64,000 bases of DNA from Hemiscyllium ocellatum (GCF_020745735.1 NW_026867509.1:868001-932000); one strand, 5' to 3'; shown: positions 1 to 12,750, numbered from the stretch's first letter. Numbers and translations: made by a program. The notes: generated from the letters alone by a model not told the origin.

Positions 1-252
1 GCCAGTGAAAAGCAGAGTTCCAAATGGACTTAATGTCCAATAGCTTGCCCATACATCCCATACTTTATTGCTTTCTAACAGTTATTGATGAAATTCTGCT
101 TGATGTTTATAGACATAGAAAGTTAACACTCTATGTCCCCACACAGTCACTGTAAACTGATTACATATGCATGTGAATAATCTTCATGCCACTGCTGCCT
201 TCTAGTGGCAGCCAGTCATAATTGAGTTCAGAGGAAGTGCACAATTTCGCGT

Positions 253-690
253 CATACAGTCACAGAGATGTACAGAACTGAAAGATCTTTTGGTTCAATT
301 CGTCCATGCTTTCCGGATATCCCAAACAAATCTAGCTCTATTTGAAAGAATTTTGTGCATATCAATCTAAACCCTTCCTATTCATATTCGTTCAGATTCT
401 TTTTGAATTTTGTCATTGTACCAGCCTCAAACACTTCCTTGAGAAGTTCATTCCATACGTCTGCAATACCCCTCGTGGAAAAGTTGCCTCTTAAATCCCT
501 TTGAAGTCTTTCTCCTCTCACCTTAAACCTATGCCCTCTATGACTGGGCTGCTCCCTCCGGGAGAAGCAATCTGGCCTGATCGCCCTATCAATGATCCTC
601 ATGATTTTATGAACTTCTAAAACGTAACCCTGAGCTCCAAAGCTTCAAGAAAACAGTTCCAGCTTGTTCAGCCTCTCATTACAGCTCAAC
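253..690 (-). mobile_element. CR1 LINE 3' fragment (RT C-terminus and tail)
   Basis: ORF 378-602 GHRFKVRGERLQRDLRGNFSTRGIADVWNEL matches the CR1 ORF2 C-terminal motif (GH.FK.RG.R...D.RG.FF..R.V..WN.L) seen in the young CR1 at 23.2 kb. Ends approximate. Confidence 0.8.
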
Positions 691-1124
691 TCTGGCAGAT
701 TTTTGTAAATCTTTCGACAATGTGTTCAGCTTTAAGACAGATGCAACTAATGTAGTCATTCATTGTATGGGCATTAATTATTCATTGTTGTAATGATCTT
801 TCTATCTACTTAGCAATCGAATAATGACTTCAATGAACAAAGTATAATGCACAAAGTGGAGACAATGGCTGCAGTGGAGTTGAACAGGGTGCAATTACAA
901 AAGAATGTTTTCATCATCGCACAGTCAGCACAAAAATTATAGGCTGCTCAGACTGTTTGTGTTGTGCTATTCTATGACTGACTAAGACTGCAAGTTGCTT
1001 CTCTTTACTGACTCAACAAGAAGTTACGCCACTATCGTTGTTGGTGGTCCTGAGTTGTCACACAGTGACGTGTACCACTGTACAAATGGTGTACTGACAC
1101 AAAGACAGAGCACTCTTATAGACT

Positions 1125-2575
1125 GTGAATTTCTTTTAATAATTCTTTATTCACATGTGAGACTTGGGTGTCACTGGCTGGCCAGTATTGATAGCTCGTC
1201 CCTATTTGACCTTGAAAAGGTGGTGATGAGCTACCTTCTAAATCGCTGCAGTACACTTGCAGTAGGATAACCTACAATGCTGGTAGGGAGGAAATTCAAA
1301 GAGTTTGACCTAACGACTGTGAAGGACCAAGTCAGAGTGATGAGTGGCTTGGATGGGAACTTGCAGTTGATGTTGTTCCCAAGTACCTGTTGCCCTTTTC
1401 CATCTACATGGACATGATTGTGGGTTTTCTAGTTGCTTTCTTAGGATGCAGGGTGTAGTTCTGCAGTGCATCTTGTAAATGGTACATACTGCTGCAACTG
1501 CGCATCAGTGGTGGAGGAATTCAATGTTTGTATATGTAGTACCAATAAAGTGGGTTGCTTTATCCTGGATGATGTCAAGCTTGTTGAGTGTTGATCCAGC
1601 CGCACGCATCCAGGCAAGAGTGGATTGTTCCATCATACTCGTGACTTGTGCCTTTTAAATATTGTATAGACATTGAGGTGTCAGAAGGTGAGTTACTCGT
1701 CGCAGTATCCCTAGTTACTGACCTGCTGTTGCTGCTATTGTGTTCATGCGGTGAGTCCAATTGAATTTCTGGTCAATGGCAACCAAGGATGTTGCCAGTG
1801 GGGAGTTCTGTGATGGTAGTACCCTTGAACGTCATGGGGCGGTGGTTAGAGTGTCTCTTATTATTGATGATCATTGTCTGCCACTTGTGCGGCGCGAATG
1901 TTACTTGCCATTTGTCGGTCCAAGCACAGATATTTTGTAGATTGTGTTGCATTTGAGCACAGACTGCTTCAGTGCCTGAAGAGTTTCGAATGATGCTGAA
2001 CACCATGCGATCATCAGCGACCATCCCACTTCTGAACTTATGACAGATCGTCGATCTGTCGATGAACCAGCTAAAGATTGTTAGATCTAGGACGTTCCCC
2101 TGAGGGACTGCTGCAGAGATGTCCTGGAACTGAGATTACTGACACTCCACAACCACAACTATCTTCCTTTGTGCCAGGGGTGTCTGTAACCAGCGGCGTC
2201 TTTGCCCGCTGATATCAAATGATTCCAGTTTTGTTAGGGCTCCTTGATGCTCGACTGGGTAAAATGCGGTCTTGATGTCACGGGCTGTCACTCTCCCCTC
2301 ATCACTGGAATTTAGCTCTTTCATCCATGTTTGAACCAAGGCTGTAATGAGATCCGGAGCTGACTGACCCTGGTGAAAGCCAAATTGTTCGTCACTGAGA
2401 GGGCGGTTGCTGAGCAAGTGCTGTTAGATAGCATTGGTGATGACCTCTTCCATCACTTTACTGATGATGGAGAGGCGACTGTTTGGATGGTAATTGGCCA
2501 GGTTGGATTTATCCTTCTTTGTTGTGTACAGGACATACCTGTGCAATTTTCGACATTGTCGTGTAGCTGCTGATC
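1125..2575 (-). mobile_element. Decayed CR1-type LINE RT fragment inserted into the V1 downstream flank
   Basis: ORFs 2136-2417 (LSDEQFGFHQGQSAPDLITALVQTW) and 1773-2024 (WQVTFAPHKWQTM) are RT motifs. The sequence either side (to ~1115 and from ~2580) is contiguous in the paralogue at ~62.46-62.50 kb. Confidence 0.75.
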
Positions 2576-3504
2576 AGACACTCCCATGACTGCTCATGAC
2601 ATTCATCAACAGGGTACACATCTTCTGTAACGAAAGAGTTATTCTGAGTGTGCAGAATCTAGTAACACCTGAGGGATGCCAAGTTCTATGTGCATTCCCT
2701 ATTCTGAAGAAGCAGATTATACTTTATTCGATCACGGAGAGTCAGGAATATCTCTTTTATGACTCACTTTCGACCTCGGAACCTGTCCTTTTTTTCTCAG
2801 ATGTCACCAGTGGGAGCAGAGGAACTCATTAGTCTTTACACGACTTATATATCCAGATCAGGCATTTCCACAGAGGATGGAAAATGCTCATTTACGCCCT
2901 GCCACCAGAAGAAATGTCATGTGACTGAGACTTTCATCGGTGGCTCTGACTCATTAATCAATCGATACAAAACGTCTTTCATTGTTTTACCGCTGTTCAG
3001 ATGTGAGTTCGATCCCGATTTCTTAATGGTAGTTCAACGAAGACTGCATTGTCCTGAACCACTCAAATCTATGATTCACCGTTCAGAGGCTCCAAATATG
3101 GAGGTACAAGGGCAGTAGTCAATAACCCACAACGCGTTTGAAATTGTGCAAGTTACCAGAGTGATTGATTTTACTATCACGTGGCAAGTTATTGTCTCTC
3201 AAACGGAATGCTGCAATTCCATTTGTCGGTGGAGAATTTTGTTTCACCTAAACTGGTTCATGCATGTTCTACACCACATCATCACTGAAACAGTGAAACA
3301 CCGTGGGACATTTCAAAAGACACAAAATAAATTATTTCGTTCTCATTCATTGATCTAAGAGCATTAGTTCGTTTCAATAAACGGTTAAAGTTTTATGTTC
3401 AAAGGAGATGCATGAGATATCATCGTGAATTCGCCAGCCTCTTCAGATCCGTTCCTGATCTCACTGCTCCCTTTATGAACCGTCAGGCTTAGTTGCTCTA
3501 TGAC

Positions 3505-3543
3505 AGTTTTTGTAAGGACACAACCCAGTTCTGAATCTCTGTG
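3505..3543 (-). other. Recombination signal sequence (23-RSS) of V1
   Basis: Minus strand: heptamer CACAGAG (3543-3537), 23-nt spacer ATTCAGAACTGGGTTGTGTCCTT, nonamer ACAAAAACT (3513-3505), directly after the codons for YFCALS. Confidence 0.97.
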
Positions 3544-4430
3544 CGGCTCAGTGCGCAGAAATACATCGCGAAGTCGGCCAGTTCTGCTGTCAACACTTTC
3601 AACTGGATAGTGCGATTCACATGATCAAACTCCGAGGAAAACCGGTCTTCTGGATGATTCTCTGTGTTCGTGATATATTGGTTTCTGTTTAGCAGATACT
3701 CCATGGAGCCGTTGGAATGCTGACGGTACCAGAACAGATAAAGATTGCTACTTGATGTAGCTGTGTAATTACAGAATAACAGGACATCATCCGCCTCGTT
3801 CACTGTGACTGCGGCCGGTGATTGTGACACAGAATCTGCACGACAAACTCCTGCCATAAAAGAGGAGTGAGAATAAACTTAAAAAGTTACTTCTTTACAC
3901 TTATAGCATAGAATTAGCCCATTCAACTTGAACAAAAAACAGAGGAATAAGAGAAAGTGAAGATGAACAAGAATCCAATTCGTACAACTAAGCCATTGCG
4001 ACAGGCAAGGGCTTCAAGAGATGTAATAAAACATCATTGAAGGCATGGGTCACACCTTTTAAAGAGGTGAATTCCCATTTTCACTCCCGACATAAAAGGT
4101 AAAACTAAAATAAGTCGGTGAGTTTAAGAGTCCGGCCTTTGTCTAGTCACCTCAACCTCAGTCCGGTCTGAAGTCCCAGCTTAACTCTTCCGTGTTAGTT
4201 CACGCAGACGCGTTCGCTAATTTCTCCTAAACTGTGCTCAGTGTTGGTACAAGTTTAGATCCAGATTTTTTCAATATTGGGACAATGTGTTGCTACTTCT
4301 GTGATGCTAGATTTTTTAGAGTATATATAATTCCCAACAAAGCGTTGAAGCATAAAGTTCCACAAGTTGTGCACCTACCAGTTAGAAGAGCTGCAGCTGT
4401 GAGAAGTAAACGCAGAGCTTTGGGCGACAT
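3544..4430 (-). CDS. T-cell receptor alpha/delta-type V gene segment V1, apparently functional: join complement(4379..4430, 3544..3850)
   Basis: Leader exon MSPKALRLLLTAAALLT-G ends at a GTAGGT donor (phase 1); 528-nt intron; acceptor TTTTATGGCAG. The V exon is open with IgV hallmarks (LFC, LFWYRQ, DFAMYFCALS) and abuts a 23-RSS. TRAV versus TRDV cannot be decided by eye. Confidence 0.93.
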
Positions 4431-4522
4431 TTTTTCAGAGATCACTATGAAAATGAGCAAAACTGGTCGAAGCTAAAATTGTTTTCGTCAACAGTTGGGA
4501 CATGATTGAGTGATTTCCGGAT
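4431..4522 (-). promoter_or_regulatory. V1 proximal promoter block with ETS site
   Basis: TTGAGTGATTTCCGGAT (4506-4522; ATCCGGAAAT = ETS consensus on the minus strand) and GCTAAAATTGTTTTCGTCAAC are conserved at the same distance from the ATG in V2. Confidence 0.55.
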
Positions 4523-5439
4523 TGTTGCTCATTGGTTCATTATTGGCAAAAATACCAGATGACAGCCAATGGACTTCAAGTTCGTTTATACTTGAACCAA
4601 ACACTTTCAATATCCTACGAACCCCACTTCATATCATGACAGTTGTAAGAAAGGAACAAAATTCTGAAAATGGGTCAGTGGACTTGAAACTTTTGACTTG
4701 TTTTTTTTCTTCACAGATATTGTCAAACCTGCTGAGTTTCTCCGGATATTTTCGTTTCTGTCTCACATTTCTAGCAAGTGCAATTGTCTGCTTTTGGTTT
4801 AAATGACAAAGTGAATTTGAACAAGTGACAAAATGATAATGTTTAAACGATATGTTGTTCTTTAAATTTTATTAATTCTCTCGGCAAAACCAGTGATGGA
4901 AAGTTCTTCATGTTGTTCGAGTATCAGAACTGGAGTTTCCCAGTTAACAGAGTACCTCGCTGACTGCGAGAGTTTTATCTGGAACTGATGCAAAGGGCCT
5001 GTGTGTCTAATAAAATAGTCAGAAAAACAAATAAAGAAATAAATGAACGAACAAGTAAAATTTCAATAAATGTGAAAGTAGAAACGAGTTTTTCTTCGAC
5101 TGCAAATGCTGGCAAATGCCATTACGAGGCATAGGGACTCACTGGGTCGCAAGGCTGCTTCCCTGCGCTGGAGATGCATGTTAGATTTCACCCTCCTGCG
5201 ACCATCTGCGTCGAGCTTGCACATTCTTACGAAGCATTGGGTGTTCTGATATTCGCCCACAGTTCAGTGATGTGCAGGCTAGGATGAATGACCGTGGGAA
5301 TCCTGTGTTTACAGAAATAGGATGGATGTTTTCCGGAATGTAGATTGCAATCATTTACATAAAGGACATTGCACTAAATCATTTACATAAAGGACAAACC
5401 TAAAGAGATGCAGCAGCTGAAGATTGTGAGTGGTATGAA

Positions 5440-6070
5440 GCGGAACCTGAACAAAAGCACTATTTCAATGCATCTTCATCATTTGTCCGTCTTGGTAGCA
5501 GATATCGTTCGTGTTCGAGATATTATTGGCAGACGGTTGTTGAGTAACCACTGTGAATCTTGCGAATGGTGCATACTGCTGTCCATAGCATGTCACGACG
5601 AAAGTTGCAGGAGGAAGATGGGATGCCTGTGAATGAGAATGCTTTGCAATTGATGTCATCGAGCATCTTAAGTGGTTTTGAAAGCCACTCACTTATCATT
5701 GCAGATGCAATATTTATATCGTTAAGTAAGTTCAGTTTCAGAACTATGGTAATGCCTGAGGTTGTTGACTGTCGGAGATTCAACTATGGTAATGCCACTG
5801 AACCTCTAGATGCAACATTTAGAATACTTGCTGTTGCAAATGGTCACTGCATGGAACTTGGCTGATGCGAATGTTACCTTCACTTATCAGTAGAAATTTG
5901 GGTGTCGTCCTGATCTTCCATGTCATCATGAAGGTGAACTGCTTCAATATCTAGGGAGTGGCAAATGATTCCGAACCGTGTGAAATTATCATCAAATATA
6001 CCAACTTCTGACATTATGATGGAGGGAAGGCAATTGATTAAGCAGGTGAAGATTGTTGGATGGCACAATA
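5440..6070 (-). mobile_element. Decayed CR1-type LINE fragment (paralogue at ~42.83-43.05 kb)
   Basis: Minus-strand translation resembles the CR1 RT 3' region (QSTTSGITIVLK); 5745-5910 aligns by eye with 42835-43005. Confidence 0.6.
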
Positions 6071-6559
6071 TGGCTGCTTCCCTTTTTATTTTTCACTGCA
6101 GAAGCTGGAGTAGTGCACGCTGCACTATGTCTGATTGCATTCTGTCTGAGTGGAATGTTCCACAGAATACTGAATGTTATGAAATACTGTCGAAAGTTTA
6201 AAGGAAGGATACAGAGTGGAAAGATTTTTTTTATCAAAGAGATTGGTTATGAGAAGCATCCTTATTCCGGCAGAGTGGAAAGAGTCGTCAAGGGAGGGAC
6301 TTCCAGGGATTAGATCCTCGACAGCTCCTAGGTTGAAGTGACAGCTATGACCTGCTTCAGGGATGCACAGGAGGACAGAATTGGAGGTATGTTGTGATAG
6401 TAGGTGGTTTTAGAATTTCAAATTGATGCAACTTGAAACATTGTTCTACTTACAAATATGAAAGTGAAATCTATCAAAGTGAGGCATTGCCAGGCGGGAA
6501 GCCAATGTAGGATATTGTGCCTGGGACAAGGGATGAACTGGATACTGCACATTTACCTG

Positions 6560-6860
6560 GAACACAAATTCGAATCCACCCTTGTCTGTGTGGAGTTTAC
6601 ACATTTTCCCTGCGTCTGCATAGGCATTTGCTGCGTGGTCAGAATTCCTCCCACAGTCCAAAAATATACAGGTTAGATGGGTTGACCATGCTAGATGGAA
6701 TCATGTTAAGCAGGGGATATGCAGATTAGGTGAATTAACTGTGATAAATACGGGCCTACCAGGACACGGTGGGCGTGGATCGGATGCTCTTTGGAGGTTC
6801 GTTAGATACTTAATGCGCCTATCAGCCTCATCCCACACAGTAGGGATTCTATACTTCTAT
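6560..6860 (+). mobile_element. Decayed HE1-type SINE (paralogue ~43.9-44.2 kb)
   Basis: GTCTGTGTGGAGTTT...TTCCTCCCACAGTCCAAA...GGTTAGATGGGTTGACCATGCTA matches the intact SINE at 25702. Confidence 0.75.
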
Positions 6861-7039
6861 CATGTTTGGAAGAACAAGCAGATATGAGCAGAGAGCAGAA
6901 ATTGCATTTACAAATGACTTATCCAAGAGTGACTCTATGTATTTTAAAATAGTCATTGCCAGAAAGTGACTAAGGATGTTTTAAGATGATATCAATAACA
7001 GTCTAGATGAGACAAAAGCTGTCATTTGAAATTAGAGCA

Positions 7040-7770
7040 GTATCATCTCGCCCTTTTGACCTCTTCCATCCAGCTTGATGGCAATCATAATGCTATCCCG
7101 AGGTCACTCGCGATGAATTACCTGCGATCTAATATCGATAGTTATCGCTGATTTCCTTGTTATTGTCACTGGATGCATTCTGAATAGGATCTGCTGCATT
7201 GACTATAGATACACTATCCTGTCTAATACACTCGTGAGTGTGTGTTTAGCTCAGTGGTGGTTTACATCAGCCGAAATGGATCAATCTGGCTGGCAGTAAC
7301 CTTCAAGATTCGTTGATTTGTGGTCATCTCCTGCCAGAGTCTGAGCAGCAAAAACTGCACCGAGAAAACTGCTTTGCGCCTCATGGGAGGGGTCTCCTCC
7401 TTGTTCTGCATCAAGAACTCCCCATTTTACGTTGTCTCACATCCCTTGCTTATACTGGAAGTGATGCCTTCTCTCTATGTCATCAAGACAATCTTCTACA
7501 CCTCGCTTACTTGGCAGATCTACCGATACCATGATCATATATATCTTAACTCCCGCTCATTATCGTTCTACTGCTCAACGCCCTTACCGTTACCATCATC
7601 ATAGAGGCCAACAGGGCAGACAAAAGGTTCCGAAGCTCTCAGCATAGTGAAGACCACGAGATGATCAAGCACAATTGTTCCATTGTTCTTCTGTTCCCAA
7701 TGCCTCACAGCTTTGTATTCCTGTAGATCTCTTACGTCAGATGATTCCCCTACATTTAGGTTCGAAGACA
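7040..7770 (+). pseudogene. GPR139-like GPCR pseudogene (lineage A, exon 2 remnant, truncated in TM6 by a Penelope arm)
   Basis: Nucleotide similarity to the intact copy, e.g. GATTTCCTTGTTATTGTCACTGGATGCATTCTGAATAGGATC, ATGGATCAATCTGGCTGGCAGT, CTGCACCGAGAAAACTGC; multiple frameshifts and stops. Confidence 0.85.
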
Positions 7771-7794
7771 GGACTGCCTTGGTAGTCTGGATTT

Positions 7795-8640
7795 GGGATG
7801 ACTGCCGGCATATTCAGTTCTTTTCGAACAAAATAGAACGTGTCTTCAACTACAGATCTGCAAATATAAATTCACACCATATACATACAAGCGTGTGTTC
7901 GTGCATGTGTATGAGATCTATCTCATACACATAGGGGACGGGGAGAGAAGGGGAGAGTGTGTGATTACCTGTGAGAGCGTCTGCGTGCGTGCTTGATAGT
8001 GTGTGGGCAAGTTTGATGGAGTGTTTGCCTGTGAGATGATGCACGTTTGAATGTGCATGTGTAGATGCATGTGTTTGTGTGTGTCTGAGAGACAGCATGT
8101 GCCTGAGAGAGAACATGTTCATAAGAGAGGGTCTGTGTGAGTGTGCGAGTGTGTGTATAAGGGCGTACAGTGTAGTGGCGTCCCTTGGAGTACGACATGA
8201 ACCCAACATGCCGGTTCAGGTCGTTCTCATTGATACTGAATTCAGTGATCAGCCTCTGCTGGACTATTCTGTGTTGTTACACATCCACAGTCTGTCTTGG
8301 AGGATGGTCACCCGAAGATCCAAAAAGAATATACTGCACGGGTGAAGTATTCTCCGACTGAGAGGGAGCATCCCTGTTTGTCGATTGCTGCACAGTGTTC
8401 ATTTATTGGTTGTCTTAGCATCCACGTGGCCTCGCCATTATACTATCATGAGGGCAACCTAGCCTGCAACATACGAGAGCGACGGTATTGGCCGAATCAC
8501 ATGAGTAACTGCCGCGTATTTGAAGGGTGGTGGCCAACGTTTAATTGTACTAACCATGTCGACGCTCTGACACGTCTTGCAATGGTGTGCTTTGGTGCTG
8601 TGTTCAATGTCATCCTGGAGGCTGGGCATTTTGTTGCGAT
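7795..8640 (-). mobile_element. Penelope-like element 3' fragment (GIY-YIG C-terminus plus CA-rich UTR), left arm of a head-to-head pair
   Basis: Minus strand HHCKTCQSVDM...; its reverse complement aligns with 8670-9480 across the coding remnant, CA-rich tract and TTATATTTGCAGAT...TTCTATTTTGTTC tail. Confidence 0.75.
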
Positions 8641-8644
8641 CAAT

Positions 8645-9293
8645 GGTTTGTTTATACAAATCTGTGATGATAACCACTGCAACATGTGTCAGAATGTCAC
8701 AATGGATGCTATCGTCACAAGTGGGGACACCACCCACCTGGTGAGCGGCAGATATTCATGCGACTCAGCCAAAATTTTCAACCTCAAATGTCCCTGTGGC
8801 ATCATATATTGGTGAGACCACGCGGGCGCTAAGACAATTGGTGAATGGAACCACACAGCCATTTCCAGATAGGGAGCTCCCTTCCAGGCGTGGAACACTT
8901 CAGGGTCAAGGAAGATCTGCCTCGGATCTTCAGGTGGCCATGCCTCATGGAGGAGTTTGGGACACGGAAAAATGCAGAGTTCTCAAGAAGAGGCTGATAG
9001 CCAATTTCGGTATTAATGAGGACATCCTCGAAAGGGATCGTGGTTCATGTCACACCACAGGGTACTCCCCTATATTGTACACCCTGAAGCAGACACTCAC
9101 ATAAGCAAATCAGTATATACATACATTCAGACACAGGATCACACTCGAACAATCACACAGATTCTCCCTCACACACACGCTCTCTGAATTACACTTGCAC
9201 ACACATTCACACTCAAACACATGTGCGCATTTTCTCACAGGCATATACTCTGTCACCAACACGCACACACTGCATCCAGAGCGCACACGCATA

Positions 9294-9336
<43 letters not shown>

Positions 9337-9895
9337 TCTCCCTCTCCCACGCACACACGTTTTCTGTCTCTGTCTCCCTCACACCCATGCACACGCACAT
9401 GTAAGTCTGTGGATTGAAATTATATTTGCAGATTTGTCTTTGCAAGTTTATTCTATTTTGTTCAAAATATACACAATCTGTAGGCAATCAGTTCATGTAG
9501 TATTTGGAAGTTGCTACTCTGGAAATCAATATAGTCGGACTTAAGGTTGGGATACAGACAGACACTAACCGCACACATTTAATGTCTAAGCAGAGGTGTC
9601 ACTTTTTTCTAATAAAACCTTAATTTATATCGGGACTGTGACGTGAAAGCAGTTCTGGGATATACATATCAATATTCGAAACCTGTATCCTTATTGTTAG
9701 TGATTAAAGACTTAACAGCAATCTGATATTGTTCAATCCATTGCATCAGTCGTTTGACCTTTTGACCTTTTATTATAAATGCTGTGTTCTATGATTCTGC
9801 CACACTAGCTGACGAAGGAGCAGCTCACCAAAAGCTTGTCCTTCCGGATAAACTTTTTGGATTGCAACCTGCTGTTGTGCGATTTTTTTGACATT
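8645..9895 (+). mobile_element. Penelope-like element 3' fragment (GIY-YIG, CA-rich UTR, terminal repeat with decayed hammerhead), right arm
   Basis: NHCNMCQNV...YSCDSAKIFNLKCPCGI plus YIGETTRALRQ (GIY-YIG endonuclease); (CA)n at ~9294-9334; CTGACGAAGGAGCAGCTCACCAAAAGCTT at ~9809-9837. Confidence 0.8.
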
Positions 9896-11068
9896 ACGAT
9901 ATAATTGTTCTGACTGGACTCGACTGAAAAGCCTACCTGAGGCTTACATGAATTAAGCTACCACTTAGTTTAATGATATTAATGAGTTTCCAAAAACTAT
10001 GATTCACACAATTATTATTTGATTGTCATGCTCTGCATCACTAATTGTTAAGACTTACAACTATTAACAGTCGGCCATTCTTAAAATAATTCATTCCTTT
10101 CTACTGTTTGATTACTCCTCATTACTTCATCACAGCATCTTAACATCAATCTCGTCAGATCTTATCAGTCTGGCATGTTGTCAAAACTTTCAAATGTCCG
10201 AAAATACATTGCACACACTGGTTGTCCCTTATTAGTGCTAAAAATAGCATCCACAAAACGAATTCCAATGGGTTTGCCAAACATTCATTCCGTTTTATAA
10301 CTTCATATTGAGTCATCTCAATCATATAATATTTCAAAATGTCTACTTATCGTTTCCTTCATTATATGACGTGGTTTTTTTCTTATAACCAACATTCAAC
10401 ATGTCTTTGGTTCCTGTTTTCTTATCCCACTCTTCTTAAATAGTTGGGTTGTTTTCCCTACTTTCTAAACCTGAGGAACCATTCCAGAATTTCTCGAATT
10501 TCCAAGGATCACCATCAGTGCAATCACTTTTTTCTCCCCACATCATTCAAGACTCTGGAATGGACTCCATTTGGTCGAGAGATTTATCAATCTTTATTAA
10601 AAGAAGTTTTCTGTTCTCATTTGCTAAAAGGTTTTCATGCGCTGGTATCAGATACCATGCTTCTCAAATGTCATCCATCATTGGTAAACCGAATTTCAAA
10701 CTGTTGAGCTTTAAATATAGACAAATGTTAAGACAGAATAACAGTAGAATGCAAATCTTTAACTGATTTCACAACTAAAGAGACGAAACAATTGGGAAAA
10801 TCGCAGAGAAGGGCTGAGAGTTCCTTCAAATTAAGCAAACGACATAAGCTCATGTTTTGAAATCGGGAATCCATTTGATGGAGAAGTTATACACTTGGAA
10901 GGGGGCTTTAAATTTGCAGGTTGCTATTCTCAGTTTACGTGTATGCAATTGTACAGCATTCCAATGTTACATAGAAAGCATGAAATAGTGAGTAATTAGG
11001 TTTGTTCGCCAGACTGAAACGAAGGTACGTGTTGAAACTTAATTAACACTCTCGAGATCCTCAAGTAT

Positions 11069-11074
11069 TATAAA
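11069..11074 (+). promoter_or_regulatory. Candidate TATA box of the intact GPCR
   Basis: TATAAA 78 nt upstream of ATG 11147; the paralogue has TATAAA at 57224, 79 nt upstream of its ATG. Confidence 0.5.
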
Positions 11075-11146
11075 TTAGAGACCTGTTGTTTGTGTCACAG
11101 AGCTCATGTGAGACGTTTTGTGATTTCCATTAGTTCATAACAAGTG

Positions 11147-12593
11147 ATGCATGGCCCAGCGAGTGTCCCTTTCTATGCCATTTACTATCCAGCTCTTGCT
11201 GCTATTGGTGTCCCTGGTAAGTTACAGATTCTAAATATATGTTTGTTAGTTGCAAGAAAATCTTTTGTATTAAATCACAGGAATGACTTTTTTTTCTGAT
11301 CTTCACTACTGAAGGAATTGAGCGCAGGTCCCTATACATGCGTCAAACATTGAGCTTTCCTCAACTGCATCCTCTGTAGTACACAGCAACATTCTACCCA
11401 AAATGTAATATTGAAGAATTATGGAGCAATTGGTTATTACATCATTGAGTTCGGAATTGTAATATGTAACATTGCCTGAATATTAATCAGAATAACTGCA
11501 CAAAATTAAATTCAGTTGTAATGCTGGAAATTACTGATGTATGGAATAATACGCTATCGTTGCGTTCGATATTCTCATGCACAGATTACATGATAATCCC
11601 GAAAAAAGTCATTGCAGGTAGGTCATTATTTTAAAGATTATAGGTATATCTCGTGATTAATCAGGTCCGTTCAATAATACTTCGCAATTTCCCCCAGCCA
11701 ACCTGCTGGCGATCGTCATACTATTGCGAGGACGGTGTGGACTCTCTGGGTGCACCACCTATTACTTGGTGGGGATAGCAGTGAGTGATTTTCTTGTGAT
11801 CATCACTGGGTGCATCCTGAATCGGATCGGTGGCATTTATTTCCGACACAGCACACTGCCCACGACCACTGCCTGCGCAGTCAGCACCGTGATGATCTAT
11901 ACCAGCCGAGATGGCTCAGTCTGGCTGACCGTGGCATTCACCATCGACCGTTTCGTGGCCATATGCTGCCAGAGTTTGAAGACCCGGTACTGCACTGAGA
12001 AAACTGCATCACTGTTCATTGGAGTGGTTTGTGTCCTGAGCTGTATCAAAAACCTGCCTTCATACTTCGTCTACCAGCCCTTGTACATTGTGGACGGGAG
12101 GTCCTGGTTCTGTGGCTTCAGAGACACGTATTATAACTCACCTGCATGGAAATCCTATGACTGGCTGAATCACATCTTGACGCCTATTCTCCCGTTCCTT
12201 CTTATTCTACTGCTCAATGCCATGACTGTCAGATACATCTTGATGGCCAGCAGTGCCCGAAGGAGGCTTCGGGGCTTGGCGAGCCACGAAGACACAGAAA
12301 TGGCCAACCGCAAGAGGTCCATCATACTGCTCTTCACTATCTCGCTCAGTTTCCTCCTTCTATGGGTCACCTATGTCGGGCGCTTCCTCTATGTGCGGTT
12401 TACAGGTGAGGCATATTTCAGCAGCTTAGATTTCACTGACCCACAATTTATTCTCCAAGAAACGACGAACATGCTGCAAATATTAAGTTCCTGCAACAAC
12501 GTCTTCATTTATGCAATATCCCAGAAAAAATTCCGAGATGAACTGAAGAAGATGATGTTCTCACCCTTCACATCTCTCGCTGTGTGCAAATGA
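11147..12593 (+). CDS. GPR139-like: Intact GPR139/GPR142-like class A orphan GPCR, 321 aa: join(11147..11216, 11698..12593)
   Basis: Exon 1 MHGPASVPFYAIYYPALAAIGVP-G then GTAAGT; acceptor TTTCCCCCAG; exon 2 open to TGA. Seven hydrophobic segments with GVPANLL (TM1), AVSDFL (TM2), TIDRFVAIC (DRY variant), WFC (ECL2), NMLQILSSCNNVFIY (TM7). These motifs match GPR139 as I recall it (GLPANIL, LTIDRYIAVC, ANMLALLNTAINFFLY). A family call, not orthology. Confidence 0.92.
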
Positions 12594-12750
12594 TTTTTTC
12601 ACGTGTTCCATGGATCAGAGTGACTCAGTGCATAAAATATTCTCTCCTACTGAAAAATAAGTAAAGTTTGTGTGTTTCGTGCTTCACTACCGGAGATATG
12701 ACCAGTTCCTTTTCCAGCCTTTACATTGCCTGTTATTAAGACAAACAGAA

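Noticed and set aside
4885-4955. Possible decayed exon 1 of the 7.0-kb GPCR pseudogene
   Set aside because: Only short matches (CAGTGATG; ACTGGAGTTTCCCAGTTAACAG) with a required deletion; too weak to call.
5349-5396. Perfect 20-bp direct repeat AATCATTTACATAAAGGACA, two copies
   Set aside because: Only two units; an ordinary slippage duplication, not an array.
7850-9544. His/Thr- and Cys/Val-rich ORFs (also 55037-55709 and 47647-48143)
   Set aside because: Translations of CA/GT-rich low-complexity tracts.
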